Below, one piece after another: positions 52,601 through 64,000 of a DNA stretch of 64,000 nt. The notes beneath the pieces are model-generated. The model saw only the letters and a list, made by a program, of their open reading frames with translations, was not told where the DNA came from and did not search any database. Source of the DNA: Macrostomum hystrix (lineage: Eukaryota; Animalia; Platyhelminthes); contig CATNEN010000031.1 in the NCBI GenBank assembly GCA_950097015.1, positions 2,728,001 to 2,792,000 of the forward strand. The letters run 5' to 3'. Numbering within the stretch: position 1 is the first letter of the stretch; each line of letters starts with the position of its first letter. The position numbers and the translations under genes are program-made.

Positions 52601-55600
52601 ATAAGATACGAGTGGTAAAGGAAGTTAAGGAAACAGAAGTTAGAAAATATTCAAAGTATGCATTTTAGAGCAGATCTCACAGTTTAGCGTTATAGTGGCA
52701 AGTTGGATACGTGTGGCAGGGACAGTGGCTGAAGCAGTTAAAGTGCAGATATAGATATAGCACTAAGACAAAGTTACTCCAGACATCATAGAAGGCCGAA
52801 CCCATTTCTGTACATACCAGAGGCTCAGGGATTACTTGAATAGGAATCGCGCAACACTCCAACTTATAGAAAATGTATTCAATGTTTCATTGGCTGAGAT
52901 CGGTCACGTGACTGAGTTTAATGGGGTGTCTAAAAGGAACTCCCCGAAGCGTTAGCTAAATTTAGAAACAATTCAATCCTTCCTCGACCAATTAAAACTT
53001 TTCACTAAATTTGGAGTGCTGCGCTCTCTGTAATTCCAGTAGTCCTTGGCGAGGAACTATTCGACAGCAGATCGAAATGGCTGAGTGAGTAGCCATCTCA
53101 GAGAACTTACGACATGAGCTGGGTTGTCATTAGAAAGGAGAAAAGCAGTTTGTCTTTGGCAAACAGCGACCGACAAACGTTGGTGTAGAGCGATATGGTG
53201 AAGTGCTCGATCAGGTAGCGAATGCGTTTGTCCAAAATGCGGCTCTTGTTGCTAAAATCCGGCGTCATTGCAGCAGGGAAACAACAGGCGGCGAATGATT
53301 AGCGAGCGAAATCTACTACTGACTACTAACAGTAATATTAGTAGGTTTTTAATCAATATATTCAATCAAAGTTAATAGCTAAAAATTCGCACGATTGGTT
53401 AATTATTTGTAAGGCAGTGTTAGTTGCTAGCCAATTTATGTTGAGCATTATTTCGCAGGCGAAAATCGCAACTTCCAATGCTTTCCGAGCTACTTTGATT
53501 CTTCCTACAATGACTGCCAACTCACATCACCAGATTTGTACAGAGTTTGAATGAGAACAGCAGCTTGTCCTTGGCGAACAAGGAGCGGCAGACATTTTCG
53601 TACAGGTTGTACTGAAAATGATCCTTCAGGTATCGAATTCGCCGGTCCAGAATCTTTGACTTGTTGCTGGAATAATTTCGCCAATCAACATCAACACCGA
53701 TTAGTGCTTTGAGCACACTGATTGACATGTGAGTTCATTCATGCTGCTCATACTCAGGCACACATTAGCTTCTTGTGAGCTTATATAAAATGTGACTTGA
53801 TTAGTTCCATTAACAGTAGGACTACCAAGCCATTTTGCCGCCCGTTTTTATACCAAGGGGGATTTTTCCAATTTGACAATTTTTTTGGCAGCGCCCGAAT
53901 GCTAATAGCGTTGGGTGGTGACTGATTGGTTGACAGACTAGGCGATGGTGTCCTGTGGTTGAGCTGCGCCAAATATTTTTTGGCTTGAGCATTGAAATTT
54001 GAGAAATTCGCGTCAGGGTGTCCATAGTAGCTTAGTTCCACCTGTTGTAGCCCTTGAAGGTCCAGCAGTCTGTCTAGATAAAGGTAGGTGACCACCGAAG
54101 ACGGAGATGATGCAGGCACACTCGGGTGACATGCTGACAAATTTTGAAGGCCTGGCAAGGCCGCACTGAACTGCAGTGCAAATTCGTGTATAGGGGTGTA
54201 TGAAATACACTAGCTCTTATGGGAAAAATCGGACCTTCGGCCAGAAACATTGAATATCTCGACGGCCTGAAGAGCTGGCAACTTTTTTCTTGTTTCAGAA
54301 GATGCGCAACAAAAAGTTGGCCCGTGTTCTTGAGTTTCGTGTGCTTGCATTGTTCCGTTCGGGTGCAGCAAAAAAAATTGTACAGTACAGTAGAACAAAA
54401 CAACTGTAAAATGGGGGTAAAAAACAGTAGAACTACCAAGGGGGGAATTCCCCCCTGACAATTTTTTTGCTGCACCCGAAAGGAACAATGCAAGCACACG
54501 AAACTCAAGAACCAGGGCCAACTTTTTGCTGCACCTTGTTACACCTTGGTATAAAAACGGGCGGCAAAATGGCTTGGTGGTCCTACTGTTAAAGTGGTCT
54601 CAAGTTGGTCTCACTCCATTAAGGCCGTACTCGTCCTTTATAGTCTAAGTCAGCAGTCTCATCTTATTCTCATAGCGATTTTGTGTTTTGAGTTATCAAG
54701 TGCCTGCATTATATATTATAGTTTAACTTGTGACCATTTTTAAGTGAGTCAAACAATACGAGTGAAAAAAAACTTTTGTCAAATTAATCAAATTTTCCTA
54801 TAAAATTACTGTATTAATAAGGCAAAATTCTGGGCATGGTATTGGAGATGCACCGCGAAATTAAGAATGCTTCAATGTTATGATATTTAATAATTATAAT
54901 TACAAGTTACTAATGCGTGTCTTGGGGTGGGCAATCAGCAAGGAGTGAGGTTGGTGGCCTATGGGGTAGGAAGCGAATTATCTCCAGCCAATGGGGAACA
55001 TGGAAAGCAAATGAGCTTCTTATCGGACCCATATCTAGCCAATAGAATTTTCTGGGAGTGAGGTGGTTGTCCAGTGGAAAAGGCCTTGAAAAAGTTTTAC
55101 GTCAACGCTGTTGCACGTCACTCACCTGTCATTGATGGAGTTAATGTAGAGATTGACAAACCAAGTCAGCGAGTACTGATACATCGGATCAATGTTAGGC
55201 AAGTCGGTGATGGAGAAGAACAGGATCGATGAGTGATTGGCGATCGGCGCATAGTCCATGCGAGCGGCGTCGATCTTCTCCTGGGTTTTCTCGGCCACCT
55301 GTGGCCCAGTGATTGGCAGCGCTTGTTCTTAATTTGCTTGTCTACTATCGTATCAGAAGAAATGCTTAGAATTTGTCCTCATACTTACCTTCTGCTTCTT
55401 CTGAATGTCATCGGATAGAATCTTTGAGGAGTCCAAGATCTGGATAGCGCTCTCATTCTCCAGGATGTTGCCCTCAGACTCTGCCAGCGTGGCCAGGATC
55501 TTGTCTTCGATTTCCTTCAGCTGCTTGCGGTTCTGCGCTGTCATCTTGATCAGCGACTGGCGCTCCTCTTCCAGGTCGGGCCTGAAGAGTGCGAGTGAAG

Positions 55601-58600
55601 CTTGGAAGAAATTTACGCCACGAAAATAGTTACAAATGTTGTCATCCCTACTTACAGTAAGCCAGTAAGCTAGTGAAGCTGAAATTATAAAATTAAAGAT
55701 TTGCATTTTCAAGAGCAAGGACACTCACTTCTCCTTGGCAACCACGATGCCGAGCAGCTGATCCTCCAAGCCCTCAGGAGTGATCATGAAGTTGAGCAGA
55801 GACACCTTCACGGCAATCTCAGGTAGGTAGTGCGGATTCCTCAGCTTGGTGGTGATGAAGAATTTAAAGTCCTTCGAATACTCGATGGTTGTCTCGCCGA
55901 GACGAATCATGTCAACTCCGCCTGTTGGTGCATCGTACACAATGAGGTCATTGACAGAATGGGTATTTTTTTAGAAAACAATAATGAAATTGTTTAAAAT
56001 TGGCCATTAAGTGTGAAAAAAAATAAAACTTTTTGAAAAAAGCTGGTGCAACTCGAAGTTTAATCTGTGATTGTGAAAATGAGAAGTATAAATGTTTTTT
56101 TAGCGAAGGAAATGGATTTAACTATTTTCTGTGATTTTGTCCCAGCAGCATTCGTTGATGGACTCCTTTTAATCATGCCCCTCAAGCTTCATACAGGTAG
56201 GCCTTTTGTTTATCTGGAAGAAAGTCGTAAGTTTCAAGCCGTTGCGAGCACGTGAGACGCTCATGCCCCAAATGCAACCGAGCAAATTTGAGTAGACATC
56301 CTGCCAAGCAGTTGCTGAACTCATGCGGCTGCTCACAACTGTACTCACTGGAGCCCGTCAGACTGGAGGCCGACGCCGAGATGTCGTATCGGCTGCTGCT
56401 AGCTCGAGATTCATCTAATTCGCACAAACAATGCGATTCAAGGTTTCGGACATCGAGTTTGTTGAAATCCCAAATTATCCCTGTTCTAAATTTCACTCAT
56501 GTTATCAGTGATCATGGAGTGTACTCACTATTTCGGATAAAACTAATGTTATATGGCTCAGACAAAGAACAAACCGAACTGATGTGACGAAAATTGCACG
56601 AAAACTATTTAATTTGAGCAGTCTTACTCTGTCCTCTTGCTGAAATGATAGATTTTTTTCAGAATCAGTTTTATTGATTTGTTATTGATCTACTTGTAAT
56701 CTACGATCTTAAGAAAACTTTTGGTGCTTTTGGGTGGCGGCCTCCTCAGTCCATGGACTGAACAAGTGGTACACAGGCTTTGGAAGCCACTGGCTATGCA
56801 TTTGGCCCAACTGGGCCAGTTGAAATTTCTACCTATTTTTTTGTATTGCTTCTGTGTAGCCTCTGCGATCAAACTCACTCTGCTTGAAGGTCTGCTTGAG
56901 CAGCACCGGCTCCAGGCTGGGGTCCAGCTCCTCGCCGACATTCTCCAGCAGCAGCGGATTGCCGTAGCTGATGGCCATCTCCATCTGGCGCATGTAGTTC
57001 GAGTCGCTCAGCTTGATTACGGCGAAGCCGGGCGTCGATTTGTACGTGTTCTTGACCCACTTGTTCGCCTGGCCTTGCGGATCGATCATCAGCGGCCTGG
57101 AAAGTAAAATTGTCTCCTAACTGTGAGGCTTGGTATCGAGTCAGTGTGGCATCACCATTGTATCATTTGAGACCAACGAAGGCCAATTGTTACACGCCTT
57201 TTCGAGTCTATGGCCACGGCTGGCTATATCTGTCCTGCCATAACTTTGGGCCATAGACATTTGGAGTGTGCAAATGTGTTGTATTGCTCTTGAAACGTCT
57301 ATGGGTCAGAGGCGCCCAAAGTCATACAATGCCAGTGGAGAATGGATATGATTACAGAAACGAGCTTAAATTTCCGAGTGCTTAACTTACCAGCGCCTGG
57401 AGTTGGACACAATGACCGAGTTGTCTATGGAGAAGGCGTCCCTAGGCAGGCCGGCGATGTTCCAGGCTTGGATCTGCACCGGGTCGCCCAGGCAGACGGT
57501 CAGAGAGAAATTCTCTGAACAGGGAATCTTCTTTTCCTTGCACAGCTTCACCCACTCGCTGGTGGTCTGAGCCCGGTAGATCATAGTGAAGGGGCCAAGG
57601 TAGGCGATCACACCAGCAGAGATCAGCACATCGCCGAGTAGGTTATCGTAGATAGCCTGCAGGTTCTTTGCCGCCTGGTCCCAGCGGTCCTTCTCGCCGC
57701 CAAGGCCGCCAATGAGCTTCTTGGCCCTGTCCAGCTTCTTCCCGCATAGGTCGACCTCCAGTTCAAGGCGAGCCTTCTCATTCTGCGCATCCTCCAGCCG
57801 CTGCTTCAGCTGGGACAGCTTGTCCTGCACAGCGCGCAGCTCGCCCTGCTTCTGCGCCAGAATCGCCATGTTGCTCCGCAGCTCGGACTCGGCCTCGGCT
57901 AGCTTCGCCTTCTTCGGCGCCACCACCTTGGCCACTCGATCGTAGACCTCCATGGCCAGGATCCACTTGCACAGGCCTTCTGCCGCGGATGAGGCGCGGG
58001 CCACTTTGCTTGGCTCGAACTCTGGATTCGGTATGTACTCCTTGCGGATTTTGGTCATCACAGCCACTGGGATGTTATCCTTGTCGTACTCCTTCAGGTA
58101 GTTCAGGAAGTTCATGTCGGTAATGAGCTTCTTGGACGGGCCCCAGTAATCCAGAACTTTCTTGGGGCCGCCTGCCGGGTCCTGGACCTTGTCAGGCTGC
58201 ACCTGACGCATCACGCAAACCGCTGCCATGACAATTTTCACACCCTCTGGTGGATTCTGCATCGTCTTCACAATACCGATGTCGCTCGGCTTCAACGTGT
58301 TCAGCGCCTCCAAAGCAGCTTCGAGAGCTGGCAGGGCTTCGGCGAGATCTGCCTCACATTCATCCTTCAGAGCGCGCGAGGAGGCCGCCTTCTCGTTGAC
58401 CATGGCCTCCTCTTTAGTGACTTTGTCTTCCTGCTCAGCAACAACCACAGACTCGTGCTCGATCACCTTCATGAGCTCGATGTTCTCCTGGCTGGCCTGC
58501 ACCAGCTGCGGCTGCAGAGCTTCGAGCTTCTCCTGCATGTCCTTCACTTGTTCGCCGGCGAAGGCCAGCTTGTCCAGACCGTTGACGTAGCGCCGCTTCT

Positions 58601-61600
58601 GCCGCATTGTTTCCTCCTGCTTGGCGTTGATGAGGCCTCGGAAGCTGAGAATAAGCTCCAGGTAAGAGGTGGGTGTTACGTAGGTCTTGCGTCCCATTTC
58701 GTTCAGGAACTTGTCCGACAACAGCCGGATGCTGGTGTGGAAGTGCTGCACGATTTTCACAACATCGGCGCGATGCTCGTCCTCCATCTCCACGTTCTCA
58801 AAGGACTTCATGGCCACGCGCTCAAGAGCATCTGGCGGCCAGGGCTGGAACCAGTCAATTGTGCAACAGTTGATCAGGCTCGGAAACTTGCGTAGCCGGT
58901 TTCTGAATGCGTCGCCAATTGGAGAGAAGGCAATCACAATGTGCAGGTTTTCACGGACGCGGTTCACAAAGAAAGCGTACAGGGCAAGTGGTGAGAAGTC
59001 CGCGTTCTTGTCGCCAGCCTGCGCGAACGGCCGCACCGTTTCCATGATCTCAACCTTCTCGTCATTGGGAAACAGGTTGGGAATTTCGCCAGTGTTCAGC
59101 AGGTTGTCAATGTCTTCTAGGAAGGTCTCCTCTTTGATCTGAGTGTCGGCCATCAGGAAGACGGTCTTCTTTCCCTCGGCGCCAGCTTTCTTCATCATCT
59201 TCTTGACGTCCTCGCGCCACTCTGTCATGCCGTAGTTCTTTGAGATCTCAGGCTGGCATATGATGTAGCCAGCCATGGAAGTGGCCAGGCGGGTCAGCGA
59301 CTGACGACCAGAGCCACCGACGCCGACTAAAAGGGCGTGGCCACCAGGCGTCCTGAGGATGCGGCAGATTCTGGACAGATGCTCCAAAACGTAACGGAAG
59401 ATAACCAAGTGCATTTTGTTCTTCTGGATGTTGTTGTACTCGTCCAGCGCTTGCTCCACAATCGGGTACAAGTCGTCGATGCTCTTTGCTTCCTCATACA
59501 CCCGTTCATCTGGCTCGAGGTCAGGGTTCATAAAGTCACCGAAGATTAGTGACCGTACGTCTTCCTCCGACACCGCACCCTGGCCAGTGCCGCCGCCAGC
59601 CAAGTGTTCAAACACCGATTCGAAACTGTCCTTGAAGTGGTTCTTGACAGAATCCTGCAGCAGCTTGAACAACCACTTCCTGTCCACGTCGTCTGTCAGA
59701 CGATCGTAGAAGACGCGCATGACCTCGTGGCACCAGAGCCGGGTGAAGACGCGCTTCTCTGTCACCTGCTCGCGCTTGATAAGGCAGACGCCTAGGATGA
59801 TGCGGCTAAAGTCGCGCAGGTTGAACACGTAGTGACTCTTGGCTGGCGTCGGCAGCAGATTCTTGATAGCCGCCTTGTAAACCTCCATTGTTGAGTGCAC
59901 AATGGTGCTGCCGATGGCCAGGAAGTCCGAAGTGAAGCCCTGCGTCTTCATGTACGTGTTCATCAGAGCAGTGAAAATGCGAATCATTGTGTCATCGTTG
60001 AAAGGAGTCATGGACACAATATTGAAGTGGCGCATGAAGCGCGGCGTCACGTCGTTGCGGCCGCCACCAGGTGGTCCCATGGCCACGATGAAATAGACAT
60101 CCTGCAAGATAATCTTGGACGTGTCCTTCAGATCGTACCAGTTGCCATGGTCGAAGTACTGACGAAGCAGCTCGATCGGAGGCTGCGCACCGTAAATCTC
60201 CTTCTGCGGCATGTTAATATCGTCAACGAAAACGACAGCCTGCTTGTTGATTGGCGGCCCGAAGACTCCCTTGCGGCGCCTGTCCAGCTTCGACATGATG
60301 ACGTTTTGTGTCTGATTAGCGCTCGTCTGAGCGCTGAAATTCACAAAATGAGGCACAAATTTTTCCTTCGAGAGTTCGTTCATCATTTTGTCCTGCACGT
60401 AGACGGACTTTCCAGTGCCGGTTGGTCCGACGAACATGAGTGGCCGAGACTTTTCAATGCACAGGTCCATGATGAACTTGTAGCGTGCGGTGTCCATGGT
60501 TGGCACCAGGATCTCGCGAATCTTCTTGCCAGCGAAGAGGTCCGCGCCTCGAATCAGATCGTTCCAGTGACGCCACTGGCCACGGGCCTTAGTCTGTAAG
60601 GGAATGCAAGGCAAGGAATTGGCATTTATGGGATTTTAAGAATTTCTGTGAGTTTCTTGCTGAATCTAGTGCATGTGATTTAAAAGAAACTAAAATGCGT
60701 CGCCTCCACTTTACTTTTTCCTTTTCAGAAGTCAGGGTTGTGACATGCCTGTACAGATGGCGTCCGGAACCGTGATAGTCTTGATTCATTGTGATGAAAA
60801 ATTAAATACCAAGAACTGCACGAAAATGAAAGTGCGACACATGACGCGAATCAAAAAACTATTTTTTCAAATTTCTTGCTGCATTCGTTAACTTACGACC
60901 AGATTAAGTCTATTAAACTGCCAATTTGAGAAAACAGTGGTGTAAGATATGTAATTGTTCATTCAGATAAGTCAATGACAAAGCAAAGACTGATCTAAGG
61001 ATTTACCTCGTACATGTAGTCGTAAACCATCCCATTCTCGGGGAACACAGTCTCAATTTTGCCGATCTCCTTGGGCACCGGGTGAGCCTCATTCCTGCCA
61101 ATGACCAAGTCTCGGAAGAACTTGTCGAACTTCTCGCGGCTGTCAACGTCCAAAATGCCACCGATGGACCATGGCACTGCGAACAGCCAGGCGGCTACAA
61201 TCCACGTCTTCAGGTGCTTGTTGTCCTTGGCGTTCTCGGCGTTCACATGCTCGTCCATTAGCATGTCGACGAAGAACATGCAGGACCGAACCAAGTTAGT
61301 CTGGCTGCTGTGGACGTACTCCCGGCAGTTCTTTCTCACAAATTCCAAGCAAGGGTCGATCGCCCACTCCATCAGGTGCGTCATCACCTCCTGGCTTCCA
61401 TCCTTGACTAGCACCTCTGGGAAGTTCTCGATCCACGACTTGACGAGTGGACGCCAGCCGAGGGTGCTGGGCTCGAGATAGATCATGCCGCAGCGGCTGA
61501 CTGTGGCCGGCGACGCCTGCGACAAGTCCATCGTCTCGAAGATCAGGCTCATGACGCGGCTCATCTGAATGATTTCTCCTGACATCAGACAGAGCTTCTT

Positions 61601-63438
61601 GTTGTCATCTGAAATGCGGTTTGAAATTCAAAGTCTACTCAACTGAGGGTTGGTTGAACACATAGACAGCTAATGTAATGCAGATAATAGCAGTTTTTCT
61701 AACCCAGAACTGTATTCATGGACTCGATCCACAGAGTGTCGATGGGTCCATCAAAGATCACCCACTTGCGATCGGGCGTGTCGTTGGACGCGAACTCTCT
61801 GAAAGTGTTCGCCGTAATGCCGTCTGTCCACTCGTGCGACACAGGGTCGAACTGGCCAAACAGCTGGCCCATGGTGATGGCCTTCGGGTTAATGGTTCGG
61901 TACATGACCTTCTCGTACTCGTCCGTGTGTCCGGCTTCGTTCAGATTAGTCATCGTCTCGGCCAGCACGTGCAGCACGCTGGTCTTGCCACCGAAGGGCT
62001 CTCCCACAAGCATAAAGCTAAAAGAGTGAATTTTCAAGTGAGTTTTGGGAAGCTAGAAGATAAAATGCAAGGGTAAAAACGAAAAACGAATGTACTGAAA
62101 GCTCTTCTGAGTAACTCACCCATGTCGCACAATCATCATCTCGTAGGTCTGAATGATCTTCTCCGTAAAGAAGTCAACGCTCTGAAGTTTGCGGGCCTCA
62201 CAAACGCGCCGGATTTCGTCGAGGAAGATCTTGTAGTCTGCCTCGGGCCTCTGAACTCCGGGAAACAGGTCGCTGATAATACCTTCGAACAAGGGGATGT
62301 CATGCGATAGGAACTTCGGCAAGTTGACGTCCAGGATGGAACGAAGCAACAGGATGTTTTCGTCGTCGTCTGGAAACTTCAGCTTCAGATTTCCAGCAGC
62401 TGAGAGCACCGCCTTCACGGCTCGCATTCCGTAGTCGTAGTGGCTCTGGGAACTGAGCAGCTCGGAGCTCAGTCGGTAGGTGGTGACAATCTTCACGGCG
62501 AGATTGCGAGCATCCATGAAACCGAAAGAGTAGAGAGAGATCTCGCCGATCATGGCATAGTCTGGCACCATCATGGCTACTGGCCGGAACAGCACCTTCA
62601 GGTTGTCAGGCAGCTCCGAGCGACCTGCGTATCCGGGATTCATCGTGATGCACACGTAGCAGTTGGGGTTGAGCCGGAGTAGCGTTCCCTCGAAGTCGAA
62701 CTCAACTGCTTTGCCGCGCACAGCGATGATAATGCTGAGGATCTGCTGCGCAACCACAGACAGCACTTCCAGCTCGATGCGGTTGAACTCGTCGAAGCAG
62801 GCCCAGGCACCGCTGGAGGCGAGGCCTTTGAAGAACTTTCCCATGGCGATGTAGTCGAGACCGTCTGAACAGTTGAACACGACGCACTGCACAGCCAGAG
62901 CCTTCGCTAAGTCCTTCGTAGTCTCGGTTTTGCCTGTACCGGCCGGACCCTCGGGGGCGCCGTTCAGGTTTAGGTGGTACGCACCAATCAGGGTGCGATA
63001 GCAGCGATCAGTGAGAGGAGTGATCACAAGCCGCGGCGAGTTGCCCAGGTACTCGTAGGCGTAGCGCACCTTGGCGTTGGTCAACCTGATGAAGACGTTT
63101 TCTTCCTCCCAGTAGTAGCGCATCTGGGCCAGCCAGTTAAAGTCGTTTTCGTCGGACACTCCCTTCTTCACCATGTCCTCAACCACGTCGCGCGAGTGCA
63201 CATCAATAACGACCAGTGCGCCGAGGGTGATGCGCTGCTGTGCGTTCAACTTGCCGCGCACCAGCACGACGATGTCGGCCAGCTGGTCCGACAGTTTCTT
63301 GTAGTAGTCCTTCAGGCCCTGGACGCCTGCGCTCAAGGCGTCGTGCACCTCCGCTGTCCAGTAGATCTGGGAGACGCAGAGAACTACCTGTCCGGGCCAG
63401 TCGCACACCCACTTCTTGCGGGCCTCAATGGCGTAGGC
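49655..63438 (-). CDS. DNAH12: Axonemal inner-arm dynein heavy chain, DNAH12-like; 3' portion (AAA1-AAA6, stalk, C-terminal domain), 5' end outside the window
   Basis: Exons 62120-63438, 61704-62017, 61007-61608, 57391-60593, 56879-57096, 55729-55921, 55389-55581, 55126-55298, [53526-53666 or 53111-53251], 52251-52409, 50236-52026 and 49655-49916 are all in phase. P-loops: [33 protein letters not shown]. The DNAH12-type signatures, as recalled, are [43 protein letters not shown] and the end LCQLDD*. Confidence 0.9.
52131..52215. repeat. 30-bp unit x3 in a dynein intron
   Basis: (c/g)aattctgga(g/t)attgtcccgcaccaatgt repeated three times. This is the only tandem array seen in the dynein locus. 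Confidence 0.75.
53111..53251 (-). CDS. DNAH12: Dynein alternative exon B (141 nt), paralogue of exon A
   Basis: ggattttag|C AAC AAG AGC...CTC ATG TC|GTAAGT encodes (S)[46 protein letters not shown](S). It is not in the ORF track. Confidence 0.85.
53526..53666 (-). CDS. DNAH12: Dynein alternative exon A (141 nt)
   Basis: aattattccag|C AAC AAG TCA...CTG GTG AT|GTGAGT encodes (S)[46 protein letters not shown](I). Confidence 0.88.
53814..54588. mobile_element. Non-autonomous TIR element (MITE), 775 bp, TTAA-flanked
   Basis: 45-bp TIRs with one mismatch (cagtaggactaccaagccattttgccgcccgtttttataccaagg and its reverse complement at 54544-54588). TTAA on both sides (53810-53813, 54589-54592). Internal ~70-bp inverted repeat. 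Confidence 0.88.
56730..56815 (+). mobile_element. Diverged 3' fragment of the family B SINE in a dynein intron
   Basis: gggtggcggcctcctcagtccatggactgaaca...gcatttggcccaact aligns to 11287-11380. Confidence 0.55.
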
Positions 63439-64000
63439 CTGTAGGGAAAAATGTCAGGTGGTTCGCAATGCCAGAGATATTTGAAATGGTGAATCATGGC
63501 ATTGCTGGTTTAACAGTACACATAACTATGGCTAGCTCTGACGGAGCTCATTGCAAGGCTAACTCAGGGATCAGGGATAACTTTTAAGGGCGTCATAGCC
63601 TCCGGTCACGTCTCCCGACCTTAGAGTATGAGGGAATAGTGTCTTATTCTGGATCATATTTTATTTTCTCTTTAAAGCACCTAAAATCTAAATATACGAG
63701 TAGTATTGATGTTACATTATAATTAAAGGTAGTTGAACAACAAAAGGAAAATGTGAAGCTTGTTTTTGGATTCAAATCGGGTCATTAAGTTAATAGGTCC
63801 GAAAATATCTATTGTGAAAGGAAATACGGCATTTGGCATAGTGAATCGATGCCCATGGTAATAGAATGTTAATAATTGTACAGGGATCACAAAACTTCGG
63901 GTTGAAAATTTCACACTTATGTCTAATCGAATTCCGGGACTCAGACGACACCAACAAGCACTTATAATATTTCCACAGTCTTTGCCTCGTATTTACATGC

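Noticed and set aside
56182-56587. ORFs in the 957-bp dynein intron as a further alternative exon or nested gene
   Set aside because: No similarity to the flanking dynein exons or to any family I recognise, and no matching splice-site pair.

Overview
Eukaryotic (metazoan) genomic DNA with GC-rich exons, AT-rich GT-AG introns and about 20 different tandem arrays covering roughly a quarter of the window. This architecture suggests a repeat-rich invertebrate such as the flatworm Macrostomum (inference only). Six spliced protein-coding genes can be reconstructed by hand with consistent reading phases: (1) an unrecognised 156-aa two-TM protein (+, 1872-3227); (2) a divergent NKRF-like dsRBD/R3H protein (-, 11424-22604); (3) GOLPH3 (+, 26702-30669); (4) a CNBD2-like cyclic-nucleotide-binding protein with an upstream RFX X-box (+, 36452-39827); (5) a complete 1335-aa xanthine dehydrogenase-family enzyme (-, 40261-46910); (6) the 3' motor-domain part of an inner-arm axonemal dynein heavy chain, DNAH12-like (-, 49655-63438, 5' end outside the window). 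Mobile DNA includes a decayed IS630-Tc1-mariner element with DD30E spacing, a hAT MITE, a TTAA-flanked MITE and two tRNA-derived SINE families. The main observations are: a tandem pair of 141-nt paralogous exons in the dynein gene, absent from the ORF track as a pair and probably mutually exclusive; an NKRF-like protein with a decayed G-patch, altered R3H and an RS-rich N-terminus; an XDH with XDH catalytic residues but aldehyde-oxidase-like pocket loops; and a chimeric SINE whose own sequence seeded two minisatellites. Comparisons with human proteins are from memory and need alignment to confirm. There are no CRISPR arrays, rRNA genes or credible functional tRNA genes.
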